Translations under genes and position numbers: made by a program
In this document: positions 48,007 through 57,679 of the stretch, piece after piece
Position numbering within the stretch: position 1 is the first letter of the stretch
How the letters are laid out: every line of letters begins with the position of its first letter
Notes under the pieces: generated by a model
Seen by the model: only the letters and a program-made list of their open reading frames with translations
Database searches by the model: none
What the model was told of the DNA's origin: nothing
Source: Ignavibacteriota bacterium
Lineage (GTDB): Bacteria > Bacteroidota > Ignavibacteria > UBA10030 > CAVZMI01
Assembly (NCBI GenBank): GCA_963776275.1
Contig: CAVZMI010000023.1
Location: 416,001 to 480,000 of the forward strand
Direction of reading: 5' to 3'
Length of the DNA stretch: 64,000 nt

Positions 48007-49026
48007 TCAGCTTACTTGATCAATGACTTTTCTATATTTTAATTGTTGTTTTTCAATTGACGCTATGATTTCCTGTGCGACTTCAAGTGCCCGTTTTCCG
48101 TCTTGTGCACTCACCACAGGCACTGTATCATCAATTATTGACTGAAGAAAAAGTTCGAGTTCATATTGTAATGCATTCACTTTTTTGGGCTTTGGCCGCT
48201 CATAGACAATGTTTCTCTTAACCGGTCCAGAATCGATCTGTCCAAGAAGTCTGGTTGCTTTTACCGAGCGATCGTTCGAATCGACAAGGCGAAATATCTC
48301 CACAGTTCCTCCGGAGAAATCGATCGAAATGTAGGCGTTACTCTGGAAGAGCCGCATCTTCCTCATTGCGCGCTGCGAAATCCGGCTTGCGGTCACATTC
48401 GCGACGCAGCCGTTTGCAAACTGGATTCGTGCGTTTGCGATATCGATGTTTTCCGACACAATACCCACACCGCTTGCATCGATTTTCTCGACCGGTGCTT
48501 TCACAAGGCTGAGTATGATATCAATATCGTGAATCATCAGATCAAGTACGACTGCGACATCGGTCCCGCGTGGTTTGAATTGTGCCATCCGGTGCGACTC
48601 GATGAATAGAGGATCAAGATTCATATGTTCTACAGAAAGAATAGCAGGATTGAATCGTTCAATATGCCCGATTTGAACTTTCTTCCTTGTACGCTCGGAT
48701 TCGGCGATTAGCAATTCGGCTTCCTTCACGGTCTTCGTGATGGGCTTTTCAATAAACAGATGAAGTCCTTTCCTGAGCGCTTGCAGAGCGATATCCAAAT
48801 GCGTTGAGGTCGGAGTCGCAATACTAACTGCATTTACAGCAGTGTATAATTCGTCGATTGTCGCAAATGAACGTACCCGGAATTCTTTTGCCACAGAACA
48901 AGCCCGCTCTGCATTGATGTCATAGACACCGATAAATTCTGCGGTCTTAATCGACGAGTACATTTTTGCGTGAAGGGAACCGAGATGCCCTACTCCGACA
49001 ACGCCGACTTTTACTTTGCCGTCCAT
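48007..49026 (-). CDS. Gfo/Idh/MocA oxidoreductase (GnnA-like)
   Basis: GVGHLG, IEKP, GHIERFNP, DLMIHDID. Confidence 0.88.
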   Translation of the reverse strand: MDGKVKVGVVGVGHLGSLHAKMYSSIKTAEFIGVYDINAERACSVAKEFRVRSFATIDELYTAVNAVSIATPTSTHLDIALQALRKGLHLFIEKPITKTVKEAELLIAESERTRKKVQIGHIERFNPAILSVEHMNLDPLFIESHRMAQFKPRGTDVAVVLDLMIHDIDIILSLVKAPVEKIDASGVGIVSENIDIANARIQFANGCVANVTASRISQRAMRKMRLFQSNAYISIDFSGGTVEIFRLVDSNDRSVKATRLLGQIDSGPVKRNIVYERPKPKKVNALQYELELFLQSIIDDTVPVVSAQDGKRALEVAQEIIASIEKQQLKYRKVIDQVS

Positions 49027-49035
49027 AAAAACACC

Positions 49036-50574
49036 TTACTCTTTTTTCAGAAATGCTTTCGGTTGGGCGTTATGCCGCACCTTATATACTGTATAATATA
49101 TTACATGAAAGTCTGATGTCCTCATCCCGTAGAATGCACGATGAAAAAGCGGGACGAGATCCTCGTCCATGAGGCGCTCCGCCACAAAAGCCCGATCGAT
49201 AACGTAATCGGGAATACATGATGAAAAATAAAGTCTTTTTACCATAATGTCGTCGTAGGTATGTCCCTGACGTCTGAGCTTTATCATTTCCGGTGTAACC
49301 ACTCCCATTGGATCACATATCTTCCTATGTGAATAATAGCCGATGACGCCGGCATCCGGAACCGTGACTGTTGCATCCGGCGATGTGTTGTTCTCGAGCC
49401 ACGAGGCGATGTACTGAAATACATCTTCGGTCCCCTGGGCGATATCCCGCATATACGGCTGGACGGAGCGGCGATAGACGAATTGGTTCTGGATCAAGAC
49501 CATCGCCGTCAAAATAATAAAGATATTATAATCGAGTCTTTGAAACAAATTATATTCTTCATGAATATTTTTCATCCCCCAGAATCCAAGTATCGTGATA
49601 AAAGGGATGATCAGCAGCAGCGAGCGCTGCGCAATAGCTGTCCCGCAACTCAGAAAAAATACCGACAATATAATGACCCAGCCGGCGGGCAGCACAAGCA
49701 TCCGCAATTCAGTTCGTTCAGATGCCGTCTGTTTCCGGCTTTTTCGGACTGCGATGATAAGTCCGATTAAAAAGAACAGAGCAGTAACGGCATCCGATTC
49801 ACCAATGTACGCGGCAAAAGCTGTTAATCCCCGAAGGTTTCCGGCAGTACCCCCATCCGCAAAAAAAGAATTCGAAAGTACCGTTCCGAATGTCCGGAGC
49901 GCAAAAATATACCAGGGAAGGACGACAAGACAAAATGCAAGAAGTGATAAGCTGACGGTTTTAATAACCCGCCTCCGCTCAATGGTATTGAAAAAGATAT
50001 CGGCAATGATAATAACGATAAAGACGACCGCCTCCGGCCTGACGAGTGCCAGCAATCCTGCGATGACGGAGCCGATGACGTACTCGTTCCGCATGCAATA
50101 CCAGGCGGCTAGCAATGCTAAAAATACCGCCAGTGAAGTTTCCAGTCCGCTCGACGACCACTGAAGGAATGATATGTTCATCGAAAAAGCGAGCATTGCC
50201 AGAAGCGCAAGAATTCTATGACGGAGTATTTCATTTGCGAGCAGGGAAAAAACAATAAGTCCGAGAGATGCAATAAATAGATCGAGCGCCTTGGTACCGA
50301 GTGCGACGTCGATAGAAAAAAAGTTCTCGCATGAAATCAGAAGCGTCCAGAGCGGACTCGTAACGCCATATGACGGCTCATGCGGATTAAATGAGAAACC
50401 TCCTCCATTAGCGATATTCCGGGCATACTGGAGATAAACATATGTCTCATCCGGTGTATAATAAAAATGAGCTATTGATGCACCGAAGAAAATCAAAACG
50501 ATCGCCGCAAGTCCGAAAACGAGCAGCCGTTTTTGTGATGGTGTATATTCGGATTCTTCGATTGATGTATTCAT
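49036..50574 (-). CDS. Polytopic GT-C-type glycosyltransferase
   Basis: DE..Y..YARN, TSPLW, GLET, RPE motifs; many TM helices. Confidence 0.7.
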   Translation of the reverse strand: MNTSIEESEYTPSQKRLLVFGLAAIVLIFFGASIAHFYYTPDETYVYLQYARNIANGGGFSFNPHEPSYGVTSPLWTLLISCENFFSIDVALGTKALDLFIASLGLIVFSLLANEILRHRILALLAMLAFSMNISFLQWSSSGLETSLAVFLALLAAWYCMRNEYVIGSVIAGLLALVRPEAVVFIVIIIADIFFNTIERRRVIKTVSLSLLAFCLVVLPWYIFALRTFGTVLSNSFFADGGTAGNLRGLTAFAAYIGESDAVTALFFLIGLIIAVRKSRKQTASERTELRMLVLPAGWVIILSVFFLSCGTAIAQRSLLLIIPFITILGFWGMKNIHEEYNLFQRLDYNIFIILTAMVLIQNQFVYRRSVQPYMRDIAQGTEDVFQYIASWLENNTSPDATVTVPDAGVIGYYSHRKICDPMGVVTPEMIKLRRQGHTYDDIMVKRLYFSSCIPDYVIDRAFVAERLMDEDLVPLFHRAFYGMRTSDFHVIYYTVYKVRHNAQPKAFLKKE

Positions 50575-51227
50575 AAAGGAAACGTGTCTTTAATCCATAT
50601 AAGAAGTTCCTCGGCAGAATAAAACACCATATCGGGCTGCATCGCCAGCACCTCCGGTTTCATATACGAATCCCACACAACGGCAGCCGTTTTTACTCCT
50701 ACGGAATGCGCTGCCTTCATATCAGAAACTGAATCGCCTACCATCAATACTTCTTCATTACTCAGACCGTACTTCTCCATGATTTTGGAAATTCCTTCCG
50801 AGGAAGGCTTATGATTGACGACATCGGAACCCGTAACAAGCATATCGAAATGTTTAAGTATACCGGACAGCTCTAGTGTAATCGTTGTTGTCCGAATTCC
50901 TTTCCCCGTAAACACTGCCAGTATCATTCCCAGTTTCTTAAGATGCTCGAGCATCTCAACAACACCGGGATACAGAGGGGCAAGGGAGGCATGCTGTTCT
51001 GCGTAGTATGCATAATAGTCTTCACATGCCGCTGAAGCAATTTCTTTGCCGAGCATCTTCTCGATGCATACTTCCTCCGGTGAACCGAAGAGCGCTATTA
51101 TTTCCGGTTCAGAAAATGTTTTATGAAGGTATTTTTGCGCTATGTGGTTGAAAGTGTCGAAAATGAGCTTGTTCGTCTGGGCCAGAGTCCCGTCAATGTC
51201 AAAAATAACGCATCGCAGTTTGTTCAC
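50571..51227 (-). CDS. HAD-family phosphatase
   Basis: FDIDGTL, KP, VGDSVSD. Confidence 0.92.
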   Translation of the reverse strand: MNKLRCVIFDIDGTLAQTNKLIFDTFNHIAQKYLHKTFSEPEIIALFGSPEEVCIEKMLGKEIASAACEDYYAYYAEQHASLAPLYPGVVEMLEHLKKLGMILAVFTGKGIRTTTITLELSGILKHFDMLVTGSDVVNHKPSSEGISKIMEKYGLSNEEVLMVGDSVSDMKAAHSVGVKTAAVVWDSYMKPEVLAMQPDMVFYSAEELLIWIKDTFPL

Positions 51228-51532
51228 TAAGCCCTCATTAGTAGTTAAAATATCTTAAATATACGAAAGGGCAAGCCGAGGTACAAGGAGTTGAGAGAGA
51301 GGGCAAGAACCTATTGAGATGGCTATCTCTAAGGAAAAATTAAAAAGTAAAAAGGAAAAAGGGGTAGAAAAATAAGAAAAGGAGTTATTCCGATTCTGCT
51401 TGTGCTTTAACATATTTTTCACTTTTTCCTTTTTCCTTTTTCCTTTTTCCTTTATCTTAATCTCGACCCCTCGACTCTCCCGACTGCGTCGGGATCGCTC
51501 GGGGTAAACCTCAACCTGCTCCTGGAGGCTTT

Positions 51533-52705
51533 CTGACAAATCGTGTTTTACTAAAAAAAGGCCATGATGCCCGCCTGCTTGCCGGCCATCTCTGGGTTTT
51601 CAGCAATGAGATTCATTCCATTGAAGGGAGTCCGGTGGTAGGTGATGTGGTCGATGTCCGCCGGATCGACGGAAAATTTATCGGGCGGGGTTTTTATCAT
51701 CCCCATTCATTAATAACTGTCCGGCTCGTCACGCGGACTGATGAGGAAATTACTCCCGCTCTCTTCACGCAGCGAATTTCCTCGGCTCTCTCGCTCCGCA
51801 AAAAAATCTATCCGGCATCGAACACATACCGGCTGGTGCACGGGGAAAGCGATTTCCTCCCCGGGTTGATCATCGACAGGTTCAACGACCTCTTTTCAAT
51901 CCAGACTTTTTCTGCGGGTGTAGATCATTGGCTCGATCAAATAGTCAAGATCCTTATCGGAATGTTACAACCGCAGGCAATTATCGAACGGAATGAATCG
52001 GCGTTACGAACACTCGAAGGGCTGCCGGCCCGCACCGGGATACTATATGGTGCGGAATCATCCACAACAATCGATATTGATGGAATTAAATACGCCATTG
52101 ATGTGTTAGAAGGACAGAAGACGGGTTTTTACCTTGATCAGCGCGAAAATCGAAAAAGTCTTCGAAAATATACGGAAGGATCAACGGTACTCGATTGCTT
52201 TTGTAACGACGGTGGATTCGCATTAAACGCCGCCGCTGCCGGAGCATCAAATATAGAGGGGGTAGACAGCTCGGACAGCGCAATTACGCGTGCGAGGATG
52301 AACGCGGAAACAAATGGGTACAGCACCCGATGCATATTCCATATCGGCGACGTATTCGAAACACTCAGAAATTTTATCGATCAAGGTCGGTTATTTGATG
52401 TTGTTGTTCTCGATCCCCCGTCATTCACAAAGAGCCGGAAAACCGTCAATACGGCCAAACGGGGCTATGCTGAGATCAATACGAATGCGATGAAAATTTT
52501 ATCACAAGGCGGGATGCTTGCAACTTCCTCATGTTCTCACCATATTACAGAAGAGACTTTTATGGATATTATCAAGGAGAGTGCGGTTGCTGCCGGACGG
52601 CAAATCCAACTCCTTGAATGGCATGGAGCGGCTCCCGACCATCCGGTGCTCCCGGCAATGCCTGAGACACAGTATTTAAAATTCGGAATTTTTAGAATCC
52701 TATAA
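51533..52705 (+). CDS. RlmI-like SAM-dependent rRNA methyltransferase
   Basis: GHLWVFSNEI N-terminus in frame upstream of the called ORF; GQKTGFYLDQRENR, LDPPSF, SCS. Confidence 0.88.
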   Translation: MTNRVLLKKGHDARLLAGHLWVFSNEIHSIEGSPVVGDVVDVRRIDGKFIGRGFYHPHSLITVRLVTRTDEEITPALFTQRISSALSLRKKIYPASNTYRLVHGESDFLPGLIIDRFNDLFSIQTFSAGVDHWLDQIVKILIGMLQPQAIIERNESALRTLEGLPARTGILYGAESSTTIDIDGIKYAIDVLEGQKTGFYLDQRENRKSLRKYTEGSTVLDCFCNDGGFALNAAAAGASNIEGVDSSDSAITRARMNAETNGYSTRCIFHIGDVFETLRNFIDQGRLFDVVVLDPPSFTKSRKTVNTAKRGYAEINTNAMKILSQGGMLATSSCSHHITEETFMDIIKESAVAAGRQIQLLEWHGAAPDHPVLPAMPETQYLKFGIFRIL

Positions 52706-52725
52706 GAGAATTCGAGAAAAACAAA

Positions 52726-53427
52726 ATGCGAAAACTGATAGTAACAGGATTTCTGATTTTACTTGGAGTCATAGGAAGCACGACTCCTTCGAATGCCCGG
52801 GGTCCAGACTCGACGATGGTGTTTGCCAATCCTAATAATCCTCTCATCACAACGGATACATCATCATACACGAACGTCTATGGACTCGATATTCTTTTTT
52901 CAAATAATGGATTTGGCGTCGGCTTTTTCCTTCGTAAGGAATATAGCCGTACTTTCCAGGGATTTATATCGCTGGCAATCTCAGAAGCAAAAGATGAACA
53001 GGAAGTTGAGTACTATGATCCATATACGTATCAATCCTATGTCCCCGGAAAAGTGAACCGGTTCCTCGTATTTCCGTTGACTGTCGGTATTCAGTACAGA
53101 CTCTTTGAAGATGAAATCCTCGACACTTTCCGTCCTTATATATCCGGAGGAATCGGACCTGCAATTGTGCTCTCGAGTCCTTATGAAAAGGAATTCTTCA
53201 GCAGTCTGAGTTATGCTCAGGCGCACTACACGTTCAATGCTTATATCGGAGGCGGAGCGTTTTTCGGGAGTGATAAGATAAACATCATGGGAGTGAGTTT
53301 TCGTTATTATTTCATCCCGGTATTCAATGGAATCCCCAGTCTGGTGGATGCTAATTCTGGCCTTGTGACAAAGAAAAAAGAATTCGGCGGATTCTTTATC
53401 TCTCTGAATTTTGGCTCAAGCTTTTAG
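52726..53427 (+). CDS. Outer-membrane beta-barrel protein
   Basis: Signal peptide, RPYISGGIG, terminal Phe. Confidence 0.65.
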   Translation: MRKLIVTGFLILLGVIGSTTPSNARGPDSTMVFANPNNPLITTDTSSYTNVYGLDILFSNNGFGVGFFLRKEYSRTFQGFISLAISEAKDEQEVEYYDPYTYQSYVPGKVNRFLVFPLTVGIQYRLFEDEILDTFRPYISGGIGPAIVLSSPYEKEFFSSLSYAQAHYTFNAYIGGGAFFGSDKINIMGVSFRYYFIPVFNGIPSLVDANSGLVTKKKEFGGFFISLNFGSSF

Positions 53428-53460
53428 CGGTTCGGGTCCAGATATAGCTCCTCCATATGC

Positions 53461-54218
53461 CACCCTTACAGGATTCTATTTTCCCAAAAGCTATTTCTAT
53501 AAACATAACGCCCCTACGGGGTTTTGTAAATATTGAATTATGCCTACGACCTGTAGAGAATTACGACCTGTCCGCCGGAGCGGCTTGCCCACCGGAGTTA
53601 CACGAAGGCGGGAGCGAAGGCGGAGTCGAGAATGCAGAATGATTTGAATGACGACCCCAACGGGGTCGGATATTAGAGCGGCGGACGAAGTCCGCCGTTA
53701 TGGGGAGAAAAGAGATTTAGAACCCTGAAAGGGTGAGATATCAAAAAACACAAATGAGGTATTTTACCCTTACAGGGTAACATTATTTTTCTTTTTTTTG
53801 TTGGGGTTCGTGGTGAGTGAGTCCCGATTACTTGTCCCAAGCTTGTCGAGGGATATCGGGACGAGTCGAACCACAAGCCCCAACCTTCTCTATGTGACCC
53901 CTTTGGGGTCATCAGCCAGGTGACCGAGTTAGGTCGCCATAGAAAGAGCCATATCGAGGCAACCACAGAGAAGAGATTTTATAAAGTCCGGAATAGCCAG
54001 GTGACCGAGTTAGGTCGCCATAGAAAGAGCCATATCGAGGCAACCGCTTTAGAGTTGCCATTTTTTGAGGTTACCTCGATATGGCTATTGAATTTGCTAA
54101 TTGACTTGGTAACCTGGCTATTGCATTCTCATCCGGATATCAACAGCCAGGTGGCCGAGTTAAATTGCGATATATTAAGCCACCCTTCGATGTACTCAGG
54201 GTGAATATCGAGGCCACC
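53461..54218. repeat. Mosaic of REP/REPIN-like palindromes, nested insertions and four 51-bp units
   Basis: More than ten hairpins; units at 53914-53964, 53995-54045, 54069-54119 (inverted) and 54145-54218. Confidence 0.85.
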
Positions 54219-54289
54219 GCTTTCCAAGAGAAAAATTTAAGAATAATCCGAGTTAGCCTAAGAGGATCAGAGGGATGGAGAGTTTTGGA

Positions 54290-54877
54290 TTATTTCATCT
54301 TCTGCACTTCCAAATAGCGATAGCAGTCGACGAGGTGATCGTTGACCATTCCAGCGGCCTGCATGAAAGAATAGCAGATCGTAGGCCCTACAAATGTAAA
54401 TCCCCTGCTCTTCATATCCCTGCTCATCGTTTCTGCCTCTCGTGATGTTGCCGGAAGCTGCGACAGTCTCCGGTATCGATGTACCAGCATTTTCCCATCC
54501 GTAAATTGCCAGATGTATGAGTCGAACGATCCGAATTCTTGCCGGACCTTCAAAAAATGCCGTGCGTTCGATATTGTAGCTTTGATCTTGAGGCGATTCC
54601 TCACGATGCCTGGATTTGCCAGAAGCCGTTGAACATCTTTTATTGTATACCGGGCAATTCGCGCCGGATCAAAATTGTGAAATGCTTTTCGAAAATTTTC
54701 CCGTTTCTTCAGCACTATTTCCCAGCTCAAGCCGGCCTGGACAGCATCGAGAATCATGAATTCGAAAAGTTTCCTGTCTTCATGAATCGGAACACCCCAC
54801 TCATGATCGTGATAGTCTATCATCAGGGGATTACTGGAAGTCCACCCGCACCTCTTTTTTCCATCAGAGAATACCAT
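54290..54877 (-). CDS. tag: DNA-3-methyladenine glycosylase I
   Basis: RCGW, YHDHEWG, QAGLSW, GIVRNRLKI, VNDHLVDC. Confidence 0.95.
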   Translation of the reverse strand: MVFSDGKKRCGWTSSNPLMIDYHDHEWGVPIHEDRKLFEFMILDAVQAGLSWEIVLKKRENFRKAFHNFDPARIARYTIKDVQRLLANPGIVRNRLKIKATISNARHFLKVRQEFGSFDSYIWQFTDGKMLVHRYRRLSQLPATSREAETMSRDMKSRGFTFVGPTICYSFMQAAGMVNDHLVDCYRYLEVQKMK

Positions 54878-54896
54878 TCTATTATTTCCATCAATT

Positions 54897-55444
54897 CTAC
54901 TGAAATAAAATCTTTACAATGAACAATGCCCCCAACGCCCCGGCAAGATCGGCCATGAGTCCGGCCGGAACGGCATGACGCGTAGTCTTGATATTTGCAG
55001 CACCAAAATAAACTGCGAGGACATAGAATGTTGTTTCTGAACTTCCATAAATCGTTGAGACCAGGACTCCAACGAACGAATCGGTCCGTAGGTTTTCATG
55101 ATGTCGGTCATTAAACCGAGTGATCCGCTTCCCGAGAGAGGTCGCATTAATACCATCGGCAATGCTTCCGCCGGCATACCGATGAGTCGTGTAACTGGAT
55201 CGAGCAGCATCACCAGAAAATCGAGCGCCCCGCTTGCACGAAATATTCCGATGGCAACGAGCATACCGACTAAATACGGAATGATCCGCAGTGCAACGTT
55301 GAAACCTTCTTTTGCCCCGTCGATAAACACATCATAGACTTTCACCCGCTTGAAAAATGCATAGAGAAGGAATACAACTATGATGAGTGGAATTGCAAGG
55401 GCCGCAACAAGACCGATAATGGAACGGAAGAGATCGACCATCAC
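54897..55444 (-). CDS. spmB: SpmB-like nucleoside-recognition membrane protein (frameshift near 55082)
   Basis: FIDGAKEG, RPLSGSG; continues SETTFYVLAVYFG...RHAV in another frame. Confidence 0.85.
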
Positions 55445-56502
55445 TTTATCCCCCCTTCATCTTTTATTGTTATTTCCCGGAATGCTTTTTCCTCTTCTTC
55501 GGTGAGTTCGATCTGCTTCCGAAATACCGGAAGACGCTGGAGTAATTTCGCCGTTGCAATGCCAACAATGGTTGCACACGACGCACCGAAGATCGACGTA
55601 CCAATAATCACCGCCGGGTTGGCCGAGCCTATGCCGACACGAATTGCCAGTGCGGTCGCAGGAATCAGTGTCAGCCCCCCCGTGTTGATTGCTAAAAACG
55701 TTACCATTGCATTTGTGGCAACGCCCTTCTTTCGATTTAAGGTATTCAACTCATCCATCGCTTTCAAGCCAAACGGTGTAGCGGCGTTGCTCAGCCCCAA
55801 CATATTCGCGGCAATATTCATGACCATCGCAGCCATCGCCGGATGGTTTTCAGGAACATCCGGAAAGAGGCGCGTCATAATCGGAGAAAGCCCCCGTGTT
55901 ATTAACCCGGCGAGACCGGCTACCTCTGCGACTTTCATAATGCCAAGCCATAGTGCCATGACGCCGACCAGCCCAAGAGCAATCGTTACGGCAATATTTG
56001 CGTATTCTAAAACCGCCTGAGTCACCGCGCGAATCCTTACCAGGGTTATAGATTCAAAAACAATAGACGCCTGATGTCCTGTCCCCCCGCCGGAATGTAG
56101 TACAATTTTTCCGTTCAATTTGTCTTTTACACCGGCAGCCTTTGCCATTTTCTGCCACCATAGGTGAGATTTTTCCGAGAGAAGAAGCTGGAATGTACCG
56201 GTCCCATCTCCCATTAAGGTGACAGACGCCGGTTGTATAATAAAAGTTGTATCATCCCGACCTGGTTGAGGCCCGGATGCCGAGGAGAGACGATAAAAAT
56301 CCGAAAAACGAGTGAAGGGAAGAATAATAAGACAAGGTCGTGATTGACAGGGTTGTGCAAGCGTATCGTGATCGGTAAATCGGACAGCCACTTCGAGAGC
56401 TTCACCGTTCCGGTATGTGTTCCGGACTTGATCGTTGATATCGCTGCCAACTGCAACTGCAATTCCCAGAACGATGAGTCCGATCCAGATGTAGTTTAAC
56501 AT
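55441..56502 (-). CDS. spmA: SpmA-like nucleoside-recognition membrane protein with extracytoplasmic insert
   Basis: MLNYIW, LWLGIMKVAE, ANMLGLSNAATPFGLKAM. Confidence 0.88.
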   Translation of the reverse strand: MLNYIWIGLIVLGIAVAVGSDINDQVRNTYRNGEALEVAVRFTDHDTLAQPCQSRPCLIILPFTRFSDFYRLSSASGPQPGRDDTTFIIQPASVTLMGDGTGTFQLLLSEKSHLWWQKMAKAAGVKDKLNGKIVLHSGGGTGHQASIVFESITLVRIRAVTQAVLEYANIAVTIALGLVGVMALWLGIMKVAEVAGLAGLITRGLSPIMTRLFPDVPENHPAMAAMVMNIAANMLGLSNAATPFGLKAMDELNTLNRKKGVATNAMVTFLAINTGGLTLIPATALAIRVGIGSANPAVIIGTSIFGASCATIVGIATAKLLQRLPVFRKQIELTEEEEKAFREITIKDEGGIK

Positions 56503-56699
56503 TGTCTCACCCTGTTTTTTCCTACTCTTGCGCCAAGGGTCGTCAGACTTCGACGAACTCTGTCGAGCGCATAAGCCTATGGTTTAGTGTTCTTATACCC
56601 GACAGCCGTGGAAGAGTCCTCTGTGTTCTCTGTGGTAATCTTTAACAAAGATAAAATATAACCACAGAGGTCACAAAGGAAAAAATGAGAACACAGAGT

Positions 56700-57290
56700 T
56701 TAAAAAGAAACCTTGAAGTTGATTGCTATTCCTGTCGGCTGTGGAAATGGCTGCAGCATCACCTTCGAATTTTTATTAAAATCGAACAAGCTTGCATCGA
56801 CGAACGCATCGAGAATGTTGATAGCATATAAAAGGCCGAGATACCAGGCAAAACCATCGCGCTCGTCGCGGTAAAACTCACGAATGGTCAGCAGGCGGCT
56901 GTTTCCATTTCGTTGAGTCGGAGTGATACTTGCGTTATATTGATCGCGGTAATCACGATAGAGGTTATCGGTCTGGATCCATTCATATACGAACCATCCG
57001 CCGATTCCGAGTATAACCGGAGTTTTCCAGTATGATTCGTTATATATCTGACCGGCACCGGGAAGAACAGCCGAGAGCCCCATTGCAAGAATCGTCGATT
57101 TTGTCTGATGATAGGGTGCAGAGAGCGAATCTTCCACTCCAGACACTTTCACCGTATCACCCTGAATATAAGGAGATGTGAGAGAAATAAGGGGAGAACG
57201 GAACGTCGCCTTCTCGACTGTGTCTTGTGCGCTGAGCGGAGCGGCACCAGTCAGAAATATCACAAGCGCTATAGGGATTATTTTCCTCAT
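56700..57290 (-). CDS. DUF5683-type exported/membrane protein
   Basis: SAVLPGAGQIYN..YWK, NILDAFVDA; position after parB typical of the FCB group. Confidence 0.75.
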   Translation of the reverse strand: MRKIIPIALVIFLTGAAPLSAQDTVEKATFRSPLISLTSPYIQGDTVKVSGVEDSLSAPYHQTKSTILAMGLSAVLPGAGQIYNESYWKTPVILGIGGWFVYEWIQTDNLYRDYRDQYNASITPTQRNGNSRLLTIREFYRDERDGFAWYLGLLYAINILDAFVDASLFDFNKNSKVMLQPFPQPTGIAINFKVSF

Positions 57291-57293
57291 AGA

Positions 57294-57677
57294 TTAGAGG
57301 ACGGCAATGACCTCAATTTCGACGCTGACATCCCGGGGAAGCCGTACAACCTGGATGGCACTCCGTGCCGGGCTGTTCGTCCCAAAATATTCTCCGTACA
57401 CTTCATTCATCGCTGTAAAATCTTTCATGTCTGTCAAGAACACCGTTGTTTTTACCACGTTGGCATATGAAGCTCCGGCTTCATGGAGTATCGTACCGAT
57501 ATTTTCACAGACCTGGCGTGTCTGGGCCTTGATATCTCCGATAATGACGGCATTTGTCGCCGGATCGATCGGAATCTGACCGGCGAGAAAAAGCATCTTC
57601 CCCGATGCTTCTATTGCCTGATTGTAAGGCCCGATCGGAAGTGGCGCCTTCGGTGTTTTAATGACAATTTTTCCCAT
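57294..57677 (-). CDS. RidA/YjgF enamine deaminase
   Basis: [20 protein letters not shown]. Confidence 0.93.
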   Translation of the reverse strand: MGKIVIKTPKAPLPIGPYNQAIEASGKMLFLAGQIPIDPATNAVIIGDIKAQTRQVCENIGTILHEAGASYANVVKTTVFLTDMKDFTAMNEVYGEYFGTNSPARSAIQVVRLPRDVSVEIEVIAVL

Positions 57678-57679
57678 AC

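Noticed and set aside
51255-51539. 94-aa ORF on the minus strand
   Set aside because: It is the translation of heptamer repeats and a nested palindrome
53914-54045. Mini-CRISPR (51-bp repeat, 30-bp spacer)
   Set aside because: Only two direct copies, followed by inverted and interrupted copies; REP-like structure; no cas genes
53457-54204. Short ORFs 53457..53642, 53673..53966 and 53920..54204
   Set aside because: They are read-throughs of the repeat mosaic with no protein motifs
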